Positions 50,876-62,497 of a DNA stretch of 64,000 nt are shown piece after piece (positions within the stretch are counted from its first letter, which is position 1; each line of letters begins with the position of its first letter). Source of the DNA: Octopus vulgaris (taxonomy: Eukaryota); NCBI GenBank assembly GCA_951406725.2, contig OX597824.1, positions 4,030,001 to 4,094,000 of the forward strand. Reading direction: 5' to 3'. A program made the translations under genes and the position numbers. The notes under the pieces were generated by a model that did not search any database, had not been told where the DNA came from, and saw only the letters and a program-made list of their open reading frames with translations.

Positions 50876-52490
50876 CACACACACACATATATATATACAT
50901 ACACAACAGTTCTAGCAATATGCTGCTTGTCATACACATAGACATACACGAGGAGACCGTTTGTTGGTAAATACTAAAGAATTCCTGACCAAAAAAATTG
51001 ATCTGATTGATTCAAAAATACAAATTTCTGGAATGATTTCTTTAGCTGCTGGCAGAGGACTTTCCTAATGAATATATAACATTCACACACACATACACTC
51101 ATACAAACTTACATACATACATCTGTATCTATGTACACACACAAACATATAAGATCCTAGAACAGTTTTACTTTGCAGCTGCAGAGGGTCATTAGTTTCA
51201 GGAGGTCAGCGTAACCCTGGAAATTTCAATATGCTACAACAGCAGGTCACAAGTTTTCATTAGGTCAATGCTGATCGTTAGCACATAATCTTATTAATTT
51301 TTATATATTGCAGCCTCAATTTGTGTCCTTCTTCCTATCTGTTAACGACTTGAAAAATAATTATCTGAAGCTGAAGATTTAGATTTTAGCATCGTTAAGA
51401 AATTCCTCCTGCATGGTTTTCAGCTGGACCCCACTGATTGGCACCTTGGCTAGGCTTCTTTTACTGTGTCCCCTTGGATTGATCTGAGCCTTGTCAATAA
51501 TATTTGGTTCATGGAAAATATGTAGGAAGGACCAGTTCTTTTGTCGTGTGGTCATCTTCATTTATTGTAAAGTTTAACACAACCAATTGGTCCTTTTGTG
51601 TTTTTATAGTTGAGTCCATTACAGTCCAACCATTTAGGCTGACCTTTAGCTTGACCTGTCTGAGGTTGACCTTTGCTCTTCTTCCTACAAACCTCGGAGA
51701 ACTTGGAAAATGTCACTGGTGCTGTCTTTCCTTCTTTATGTTATGTAAAAATCTTATAATTTTACAAGTGAGAAATGCTTGTCATGTTTTTAGAGTGAAA
51801 GGTGCACCATTACAATGGAAGGGATCTTGTTGAGTGGGTTAGCAGTGGTAAGGGCCTCCAATCTGAATCCCCTGCAGACACAACTGTTGCTTTATTTGTT
51901 TTATTATGGAAAAGTTCTAAGAACAATGAAGAATTTTACCATTTCTGACACTTGAGCTTCATCTGAGAGTGAAGAAGAAAGATAATGACAAAATGGTGTC
52001 CCCACTTCGGTTGCAAGCAAGTGAATCATACAGTGATTGCTGCAAAGGAATGTGGGAAGCGGTAAGAGGAGATCAAAGGTTTAGGGTGCAGACAACTACT
52101 TGTTTCTGTAGATTCAGTATTTTAGCTTTATGTTCACTGCTTTGGTTTCCTTGGTTATCAAGAAGAGCTATTCAATCATCTCAGAGTGTTGTATGTATGT
52201 GATAAACTAAACAGATTTGTCTCTTAACTCCTTAAATCTGTGAATCCAGAACTGATCTTAGGTCCTTTAAATTCCTTTTTCTTTACCCTGTGGCTTATGA
52301 AACATGATGACTGAGGAATAGGAAGAACATATTACATTACAGTTTTTAGTTTTGTGTCACCATGTCCTGACTTGAGGAATATCTCGGCATAGGTTATACA
52401 CTCTAAGCAAAGGGAGCCTTCAACTCTTGGTCAGGGTTGGCCTGAGGCTAAACAAGAGCAGCAATCTAAAGTTCTATATTTAAGAGATGA

Positions 52491-53198
52491 GGCATATGGT
52501 GTAGTGGTTAAGAGCGTGGGCTACTCACCCCAAAATTCCGAGTTCGATTCCAGGCAGTGACATCAGCATCATCGTTTAACGTCCGTTTTCCATGCTAGCA
52601 TGGGTTGGACAGTTCGACCAGGGTCTGGGAAGCCAGAAGGCTGCGCCAGGCTCCAGTCTGATCTGGCAGTGTTTCTACAGGTGGATGCCCTTCCTAATGC
52701 CAACCACTCCGTGAGTGTAGTGGGTGCTTTTTATGTGCCACCGGCACAGGAGCCAGCGCAAGCTGGCAAATGGCTATGATCGGTTGGTGCTTTTTATGTG
52801 TCCCAACACGGACGCCAGTCAGGCAGCGGTGGCATCGGCCATGTTCAGATGGTGCTTTTTATGTGCCACCGGCATGGGTAGCACAACTACAATTTCCATT
52901 TGATTTTTATTTTGATGTCGATGTACTTGACTCAATAAGTCTCCTCAAGAACAGAGGGTCACTCTACGATCCAAGGTTAGCACAGCAGGCCATCCTGCAA
53001 GCCATGAACTCACTTCATTTGTTGGGTCTTCACAGACACAGCATATCTCCAGAGGTCTCGGTCTTTCATTATAGCCTCTGTGAGGCCCAACATTCGAAGG
53101 TCATACTTGACCACCTCATCCCATGCCTCCCTGGGTCTACCTCTACCCCAGATTCCTTCAACAGTTTGGGAGTGGCACTTCTCGTCCATCTATAGTAC

Positions 53199-53262
<64 letters not shown>

Positions 53263-53397
53263 TCGAAAAATACCTTAGGCATGAGAACCCAGGTTCGAAG
53301 TTTCGTTAAGACACCTGATGAAGACTGTGGGGTATATCAGCCGAAACGTGTTAACAACAAACAAGGTGAGGACAAATATCTGTCAAATGTGAATAAA
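52491..53397 (+). mobile_element. tRNA-headed hammerhead SINE-like element, copy 2, interrupted by an RTE insertion
   Basis: Head at 52491-52560 (TGGTGTAGTGG, GAGTTCGATTCC); (AAT)n, body and HHR (53310-53352) resume at about 53199. Confidence 0.8.
52561..53168 (-). mobile_element. 5'-truncated RTE LINE (ORF C-terminus plus 3' UTR)
   Basis: Minus strand TVEGIWGRGRPREAWDEVVKYDLRMLGLTEAIMKDRDLWRYAV...*, then UTR repeats and (GAT)n. Confidence 0.9.
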
Positions 53398-53765
53398 GCT
53401 AAAATTTAGTTTTAAGTCTCATTGCAGTTATTGTATTAGTGAAATATCAGAATTGTATTTGTCGAGCGTATGACCTGATCTTACGACCTGTATTGAAACC
53501 AGAATAATTATCAGTATGAAAGAACCATTTTAATTCTTTAAACACTCACAAAAACTGTTGAGTTCACTTTTTCTCTATTTCTTGAGTTGACAAAATTTTT
53601 GTCACTCTACAACTTGGTCGCTCACACCATTCTACTCATTCAACGGCAAAACGTTGGAGAGAAACTGTGGGAATAAAATTTTGCTTACATGACGCACACA
53701 CACACACACATTTCACAACTATCAGCCTATGCCAAGACAAGGATTCACACACACAGATATATACA

Positions 53766-53998
53766 TAAGGCAGCGAGCTGGCAGAAACGTTAGCACACCG
53801 GGCGAAATGCTTAGCGGTATTGCGTCTGTCGTTGCGTTCTGAGTTCAAATTCCACCGAGGTCGACTTTGCCTTTCATCCTTTCGGGGTCGATAAATTAAG
53901 TACCAGTTATGCACTGGGGTCGATATAATCGATTTAATCCGTTTGTCTGTCCTTGTTTGTCCCCTCTATGTTTAGCCCCTTGTGGGCAATAAAGAAAC
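53766..53998 (+). mobile_element. Young Nin/Deu-like tRNA SINE
   Basis: See 33941-34173. Confidence 0.85.
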
Positions 53999-54172
53999 AG
54001 ATATATACATGTTTATATACAAGGTGGTATTCCAAAGTTCCCAGACTAGTTCTATAGCACACCAACAGATGGCAGCATATGGTTGCACACACAATGAAAG
54101 CTAGCAGCGACCCTCATGTGGCAGCATGCTGAGTGACATCGTTGTGTTTATTTCACAAGTTGTGAAATTTGA

Positions 54173-54358
<186 letters not shown>

Positions 54359-54859
54359 TGAACGACAGAGATGCAGTTGAATCAAGAGCAGGCCCATTGT
54401 TTTTTTGACATCTGCAGAGTATTGTGCATTGAGTATCCATCTTCCAGACATTGAATTGAGAGTTGTGATGTTTTGAAGTGTTTGAAGGAAGACATTTAGT
54501 GAAAGCAACCAGATCTGTGCAATGTGAAGAATTGGACTCTTCATGATGGCAAGGCACCCGGTCACCAAGCTTTTCTCACTTGTGAGTTCCTTGCCAAAAG
54601 CAACATGCTACCACTTCCGCACCCACCCTATTTGCCAGGTTTACCACCCCTGGATTTCCATCTCTTCTCTAAGATGAAAAAGCAGCTCAAAGGTTTTAAC
54701 ACAGAGCAAATTGCAGAAGGTCCTCGACTCGTTTACAGAAAACAACTTCGAAGATGGATTCCAAAAGTGGCAGGAATGCTGGAACCAGTGTATTTGCTGT
54801 GCAAGGTGACTATTTCAAACAAGGTGATGGTAAAACTTTGGTAAATAAGTTATTTTTTA

Positions 54860-55006
54860 CATTATTTACATCATTTACAGTTGACGGATATTTGTCCTTA
54901 TCTTGTTTGTTGTTAACACAACGTTTCGGCTGATATACCCTCAGCCTTCATCAGGTGTCTTGGAGAAATTTCAAACCTGGGTTCTCATTCCTAAGGTATT
55001 TTTTGA

Positions 55007-55044
<38 letters not shown>

Positions 55045-55096
55045 TCACTGCCTGGAATCAAACTCGGGATCTTAACCACTACGCCATATGCCCGTG
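54860..55096 (-). mobile_element. tRNA-headed hammerhead SINE-like element, copy 3, with 13-bp TSD
   Basis: AAGTTATTTTTTA duplicated at 54847-54859 and 55097-55109; A-box TGGCGTAGTGG and B-box GAGTTTGATTCC. Confidence 0.9.
54915..54959 (-). ncRNA. Intact minimal type-I hammerhead ribozyme
   Basis: GACAC-CTGATGA-A-GGCTG agggtatat CAGCC-GAAA-CG-TT-GTGTT; palindromic AACGTT helix III, GUU cleavage triplet. Confidence 0.85.
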
Positions 55097-55149
55097 AAGT
55101 TATTTTTTATTAAACATAACAAGTCTGGGGACTTTTTGATACCACCTTT

Positions 55150-55598
55150 TTAATACCTAACCAAAGATAAACCTCTGTACCTGGCTTTTGTTGACATGGA
55201 GAAAGCCTTTGACAGGGTCTCCCAATCCCTTATCTGGTGGTCAATGAGGAAACTAGGGATAGATGAATGGTTAGTGAGAGCTGTGCAAGCCTTGTACAGG
55301 GATGCTGTCAGTAAGGTGAGGGTTGGCAGCAAGTATAGTGAAGAATTCCACGTAGAAGTAGGGATCCACCAAGGTTCAGTCTTCAGCCTCCTCCTATTTA
55401 TCATAGTCCTTCAAGCAATAACAGAGGAATTCAAAACAGGATGCCCCTGGGAGCTCCTCTATGCTGATGACCTTGCTCTAATTGCTGAGTCACTATCAGA
55501 ACTAGAGAAGTTTCAAGTGTGGAAGCAAGGATTAGAATCGTAGGGCCTTAGAGTCAACCTAGCTAAAACCAGTCTTAATAAGTAGGAAGGCAGACAAA
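55150..55598 (+). pseudogene. RTE LINE reverse-transcriptase fragment
   Basis: AFVDMEKAFDRV, GIHQGSVFSLLLF, ELLYADDL; stop at 55541-55543. Confidence 0.92.
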
Positions 55599-56654
55599 CT
55601 TTCCTTGTGTCCTGCAATCTTTTCAATAGTTGTTAACTCAGTCCGTTATTCTAGCTGCGTTCTTTTTGTTTGTCTGTGCCTCTGTGTGTGTGTGTGTGTG
55701 TGTGTGTGTATACTGTGGGCTTCTTTCAGTTTCTTTCTTTTTATTCCGAATATGTTAGAAAAGGGTTAAAATAAGAAAATTAATCAAGAGCAACCCCACA
55801 AAAACAGAAACCCAGGGCTGTGTACTGCTTTATATTTCAGAATATTTCACCAACCATATCAGCCTATCTACCTCTGGCCTAATTAATCTCTACAACTATT
55901 ATCAAATAGCAACAACAATGTCTTAATCTTCCATTTTCTCACTCCAGCACATATATCTGCTGTCAGCGCTCTACAGGTTCATTTGACGTAACTTCTCAGT
56001 ACAACTGACATTCTGCTGCAAAGTTTAATATTTGCATTGTGTGTACCGAGTACCTTCGATGCAGTAAATTCCTTCTTTCTCCAGTTCTTTTCACATTCTC
56101 AACAACAAAGAACAGAGCTGGTCTCTAATGAAGCTCTTTTCTTTGAATACAAAACACAATGGACTCATTGAATCTTAGGTTGAACTTTAGAAAAACTCTG
56201 TTGGTTTTTCTAGTGACCTGCTTGTTAAACATTGAAGTTCAGTTGTGGCTGGCCATCCAGTTCTTTGATGCTTTTGGTTTCCAAGTTTACTTCTGTTTTA
56301 ATTTGCAGTGTGTGTGCGTGTGTTTGAATCTCTCTCTCCTTCTCTCTCTCTCTCTCTAATCTTTTGTGTGTTTCAGTTATTACACTGCGATCATGCTGTG
56401 TTCAGTCAAACAAATTAACTCCAGTCATTATTTTAAAGCTTGGTACACATTCTGTCAGTCTCTTTTGCCAAAGTGCTAAGTTACAGGGATATAACCAAAC
56501 CAACACTGGTTGTCAAGTGTTAGAAGGGAGGAACAAAACCAAACACAAAGTTACACAGTTTCTGTGATCCATCAGATTCACACGTGAGCCATTGGTTGAC
56601 CCAGGGCTTTAAAAGTCTCAGGTTCAGTTTTATAAAATTTCTTCCGATTGAAAT

Positions 56655-56862
56655 AATAGCCAGTGCTGCCTGACTGGCCCCGTACCAGGGGCACGTAAAA
56701 GCACCCACTACACTCTCGCAGTGGTTGGTATTAGGAAGGGCATCCAGCTGTAGAAACCTTACCAGATCAGGTCGGAGCCTGGTGCAGCCTCTTGGCTTGC
56801 CAGTCCCCAGTGAAACCGTCCAACCCGTGCCAGCATGGAAAGCAGATGTTAAACGATGATGA
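56655..56862 (+). mobile_element. RTE LINE 3' end
   Basis: Same UTR and (GAT)n tail as the other copies. Confidence 0.8.
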
Positions 56863-57461
56863 TTCTAATGTGATATACATACATAGTTATTACAAGCTGA
56901 ATAAAGTATGAGGTAATTATATGTCTGTCTGTCTGTTTGTATGTACATAGGAAAGTATTCAAGAAAGTATTTCATACATGCATACATCTCCAGTTTGATT
57001 ACTCTTTTCCAGGCTTGTTATACAAGGCTTGTTATGCAAAAACAAGCAGGAAGAAGAGGTAATTCCAATCTAAGCAGAGAACTGTTGCTACAAAACTTGC
57101 AAATGGTAGAAAGCAGTGAGATAGAACAGTTGTATCTCTCCCTAAAGTACCAAGACTTTGGCATGGAGGTCCCTGAGTGCTGACATCTGCAAGTTTTGTG
57201 CATGAACAGAGAGGGAGATCTCTATTGTAATGAAATGGTTTGGGTGGTCAGATATCATATTTTAATGTTTTGAGGTATTAGATTTTTAATGGTCCTTGTG
57301 TGGCAACATTAGACGAGAGCTAATATTGGCAAAAATACTGGTGATGGATCAGTTTAGATTTCGTGAGTGTTAAACAGTTGAAAGTTTGATGTGAATTAAC
57401 TGACAGCAAATATCTAATTTTTGTGTAATATTCTAGTTTTCTGAAACGCATTTCTCTCTAC

Positions 57462-57507
<46 letters not shown>

Positions 57508-58372
57508 GAGTTTATTGCTCACTTCTTTTAGAGAAAGAATGTAATTTTGTTCTTCTGATTATTTATTTTCTTTTAGAAATATCAAATACAAAAATATTTT
57601 TTAAAAAATAGAGAAAATACAAAAAACAAAGCAAAACAAAACAAGCAAACAATGACATAATCAATTTTGTGTTTATTCAATCTTCTAATTGTGAACACAT
57701 TTCAATCTGTAGAATCTCATCAGTGCAATTTGGTAAGTTAAACTTAAAAGGAAATTATAATTATGTAGTTATAAAGATCAGATGATTCGAGAATTATACG
57801 TTGATAATGTTCAGTTCAGCTCAGAAAGATGTCATTTACAGACATTGTGTAACTCTAGAAATCAGTCTTTTAGAATGGAATCCAATAAGATTAGAAAGAA
57901 TACAGGCATCATCATCGTTCTCATGTTTGCATTTCCAAACTTTCATGGGTTGGACAGATGTTTATTGAGGTGAACTTTCTGTGGTTGGGTGCCTTTCCTG
58001 TTGCCAACCCTTACCTGTTTTCAAGGTAATATTTCCCAGTTACTTGACATGTTTTCACAGAAGATTGGAAATGAATGACACTGCTTGTATGACAGTGACA
58101 CTCATTTACGACAATCAGACAATATCTATACAAGGACACACACACACACACTTTATGAAGGGCTTCTTTCAGTTTCTGCTTACAAAATTCTCTGAGAAGG
58201 TTTTTGGTTGGCCTGGAGTGAGAGGAGAAGACATTTACTTGAGGTGCCACTTTGTGGGAATGAACCCAAGACCATATGGTTGAGAAATAAACTTCATAAC
58301 CACACAGCCACATAGATACATATGTACACACACATACACACACACACACCCACACATACATATATATATATC

Positions 58373-58797
58373 TGATAGATCGTTAGCTCCTACATGCATT
58401 TTTGTTTCTCTCCTTGTTTTTTTTCTGTGTATCTTTCTGTCGAAGAGCGTAGGCTCGAAACGTAAAAGCCTTTTTCTATTCCTGAGTGTTATACTAATAC
58501 ATTTGTTTGTTTGTACTCCACCTGCCTTCGTCTTTTGTTTATTTTCGTAAACTTTCCCTCTATATGCATATATAGGTATATGTATATATGTATATGCATA
58601 TATATATATATAATGGGAAAGTTTACGAAAATAAACAAAAGACGAAGGCAGGTGGAGTACAAACAAACAAATATATTAGAATAGCACTCAGGAATAGAAA
58701 AAGGCTTTTACGTTTCGAGCCTACGCTCTTTGACAGAAAGATACACAGAAAAAAACAAGGAGAGAAAAAAATGCGTGTAGGAGCTAACGATTTATCA
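58373..58797. mobile_element. Penelope-like pLTR inverted pair
   Basis: ~185-bp inverted arms (58373-58558 / 58615-58797) around a TA-rich spacer, each with an HHR-like motif. Confidence 0.8.
58433..58468 (+). ncRNA. Minimal hammerhead-like motif with variant core (CUGUCGA)
   Basis: CTTT-CTGTCGA-A-GAGC gtag GCTC-GAAA-CG-TA-AAAG. Confidence 0.6.
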
Positions 58798-58830
58798 TGG
58801 CATCCTATCTACGCATATATATATATATGC

Positions 58831-58861
<31 letters not shown>

Positions 58862-59937
58862 CAATATATACATGCTAGCATGGAAAACGGACGCTAAATG
58901 ATGATGATGATGATGATGATATATATACTTATATATATATATATATATATACATATATACATACATACATATATATAAACATATATATACATATATATGT
59001 ATATATATATACATACGCATACACACACACACACATAAATATACAGCAGTTGCAGTATGGCCGAATGGTCAAGAAATCTGCTTTGTAACCCTGATTCGCC
59101 AGCATGGTATGTTGTGCAAATATATTTTTCTGTAGCCTGGGTCGATCCATACCTAATGAATGAAATTGGATGGAGGGAAGCTGTGTGGAAGTCCGTCAGA
59201 TGGATTATATCTGTAATTCACAGTGTCACAGTGATTCTGTCTGAGAATTCCGTTAATGACACATGTTCCTGAGGAATGCAGAGCCAGGTACTCATTAATT
59301 TGGTAAACAGGCAACCCCGTTTGATTGGACAGCTTCATCTTCATTGACGAAACTGGTTGAGAGTCCATTGCTCTATGTGTGTGTAACAATATGTATGCAC
59401 GTGTCTATGGGTGTGTGTGAGAGTATGTGTGCGTCTGTGTGCGAATATATGTGTATATTTAATACACACACACAAACTTACCCATATTTTGGCTCTTCTT
59501 GTTTCTGCCCAAAGGTATGGCAATTTGTCAGACTCCTATTATTATTATGTTGAAAGTCTTTTTTGCCATTTTTCTGAGGATTCAGCTATTCTTGAGAAAT
59601 AGGTTCCATTCTTGTCTCCAAGCTAATTGTTTGTTCTTTAAATAAACCTGAGATCAAAGTCAAAATCATTTCGTTCAATTCATCTCGATTCATTAGTCAC
59701 TTTTTTTTCTCTTTTTAGTGAAACCAATTTTTTCTCAAGACTTATTTTCTTTCCAAAATTTTAATAAAAAAAAAGACCATAATACAAAAACAGCGACAAC
59801 AAATAATGAATGGTTTATGTTTAGTGAAACCCCTTCAATAGATTAACCTTTTCGATAGAAACTCCCCTTCGACTGGCCATGTTTCTTTGATACAGTTTTT
59901 GAGACCTGCTAACTCATTTGCAGTGTTTGTTCATGTA

Positions 59938-60330
59938 TCATCATCATCATCATCATCATCGTTTAACGTCCGTTTTCCGCGCTAGCACGGGTTTGACGGT
60001 TCGACAGGGGTCTGGGAAGTCAGGGGCTGAACCAGGCTCCAGTCTGATCTGGCAGTGTTTCTACAGCTGGATGCCTTTCCTAACGCCAACCACTCCGCGA
60101 GTGTAGTGGGTGCTTTTTACGTGTCACCTGCACAGGTGCCAGGGGGTCTGGCATTGGCCACGATCGGTTGGTGCTTTTAACGTGCCACCGGCACGGAAGC
60201 CAGCCAAGGCGGCGCTGGCATCGGCCACGTTCGGATGGTGCTTTTTATGTGCCACCGGCACAGAAGCCAGTCGAGGCGGTGCTTGGCAACAGCCATGTCC
60301 GGATGGTGCTTTTTATGTGCCACCGGCATC
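59938..60330 (-). mobile_element. Young RTE LINE 3' UTR with ~4 tandem units
   Basis: CpG-rich; GGTGCTTTTTA(C/T)GTGCCACCGGCAC repeated. Confidence 0.85.
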
Positions 60331-61582
60331 TGTTATTAAACTGCTATTTGCAGAAACAGGTTTCGGAACCTCATTCAAAGCTCAAGACTCTCTGATTCAG
60401 TATTTTGTTCTTTATCAATAATTGTGTCATTGTTTATTTGATCTCCATCAGCTAATAAACCCACTTCGTTATCAGGAATCATATCTGTATCACCATTTGC
60501 TTGAGATGTAAATCCATTTTGTTGAAGTTCATCATTTCATTTGCTTCTTTATTCTTAACTCTTATTGTTGGCCACCCAGAACACCAACAAGTATTAAGAA
60601 CAATTCATAATCTGGAGATAAGCTTGATCCATATGCACAGATATATATATTTGGCCACATATGCATTGTATGTGGCCATTCAGGTTTTCTTCAAGAAGAT
60701 GTCAAATATTTCACATCTATTGATCTAAGTCTTCACACAGCAAACTGATCACCAACAGGATTTTAATTTCAACTGATTCCTTGTTGCCGCTGATCCACAT
60801 TGTATACCATTATGTAGACTTTTATCAAAAGCATTCTCAAACAAGTTGGTAGAACAATAAATTCCCCATTGTACAAAATACAATCTTCAACTGTCAATTT
60901 TTAATATCTTTAGTATTTTTTCAAAAACAAAATGATTGCTTCAATTATAATTATAATTTTTTTCAATATATCAAATCAAATATTATCGTTTTACAATAAT
61001 ATTTTATCTATTCAATTTGTGAAAAGAGAAAATATTATCATCCATATAATTCTTGCAAGGTGAATGAAAGTAAAATCTTCATCAAGATTGCATTCATTCT
61101 CCCTAACATTATAAATAAATTCCAGGAGTGTTTAAGGCATCAACAAATGGTAGTTGAGATCCCGTTACATAGAATAATTCTGAATCAAATGCTGTCCTTT
61201 GTAAAACCGACCATAAACTGTGTGCTGACATTCCTTTTAGTAAAACCACAATTTTTACCTGAGAGAGATTCCAGTGTCCAATGACCTGAGACCATTTTCA
61301 ATTCTCTGTTAAGCAGACAGCACCATGTTCTTTAAGTGCATCACAGAATCAGCAGAGCTTCTCTTTCAGTACTTGAATATCTTGTTGCAGCTCTTAACAA
61401 ATGGCTTTCTTGAGAAAGTATTTGGGATTGAGCTTGACCTGACTTGAATTAATCTCTGTTGCTGCGTTATTAATTTGATCAGTGGCTTTAATACGAACAT
61501 CAGTTTTAAAAAAAAAAATTTCTATTTACTCAAACACCTTTTGTTGTTCAAAGCTTCTTGAAAATGTGACATCATGTTTATA

Positions 61583-61963
61583 TCTATATATATAAAGCTG
61601 AAGTTGCCTGTGTATGGCAGGTTTCAACTAACACTATCTCCGCCGAGACCCTGCAGCGCAAGTTGACCAAAATTGAGAGTATGATAGAAGAAGGCTTGCT
61701 CTTCCTTCCATAGAAGATAAAATTCAAATCGGACCATGTTAACACCAAAAATTATTTACATCAAAAAGGTGCTTTTTTTCTATGAAAATCCCTATTTTTT
61801 ATGATTTTTTGACTGCTGTGTTGCCATTTTTCAGTGTATTTCAACCAGAAAAATGTTCACTTAAAGAGAATAACAAGCTACATAATGCAAAAATTTTACT
61901 TTTCAAAAATACCAATTCTAAAGGGTCGAAACAAACCCCAGCAATGCCAGGTGATGCTGCTAG
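61583..61963 (+). mobile_element. Non-autonomous Helitron
   Basis: A|TCTATATATATAAAG start, GC-rich subterminal imperfect hairpin and CTAG|T end; no TSD. Confidence 0.75.
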
Positions 61964-62264
61964 TGAAGTGATACAAGCAGAAACATGTGACCTGAATAAT
62001 AATAATAATAATGTATCCATCATAAAAATTAACAAGTCTAAGTAAACATTCTAATTGCTTCTTCTTCTTTGGTGGTGTTATGTCCATATTTCTCACAACT
62101 AAATGATGATCAGGGAATAAACCTTCCTTTGTCAGCCTCTATCCCTCATAAGATAATTCACCATATCTAATTCTAACCCTTTTATGCTCCTGTTTGTCAT
62201 ACAATGTAAATTTTCAACAGTTTTAGCATCAATGCATACACTATATTGATAAGCACTATATTAA

Positions 62265-62497
62265 TAAGGCAGCAAGCTGGCAGAAACGTTAGCACCCTGG
62301 GCGAAATGCGTAGCCATATTTAGTCTGCCGTTACGTTCTGGGTTCAAATTCCGCCGAGGTCGACTTTGCCTTTCATCCTTTTGGGGTCGATTAAATAAGT
62401 ACCAGTTATGCACTGGGGTCAATGTAATTGACTTAATCCCTTTGTCTGTCCTTGTTTGTCCCCTCTATGTTTAGTCCCTTGTGGGTAGTAAAGAAAT
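62265..62497 (+). mobile_element. Young Nin/Deu-like tRNA SINE
   Basis: See 33941-34173; short flanking duplication CTATATT(G/A)ATAAG. Confidence 0.85.

Noticed and set aside
58235-58878. Two ORFs sharing GKVYENKQKTKAGGVQTNK
   Set aside because: Both are translations of the non-coding inverted repeat arms.
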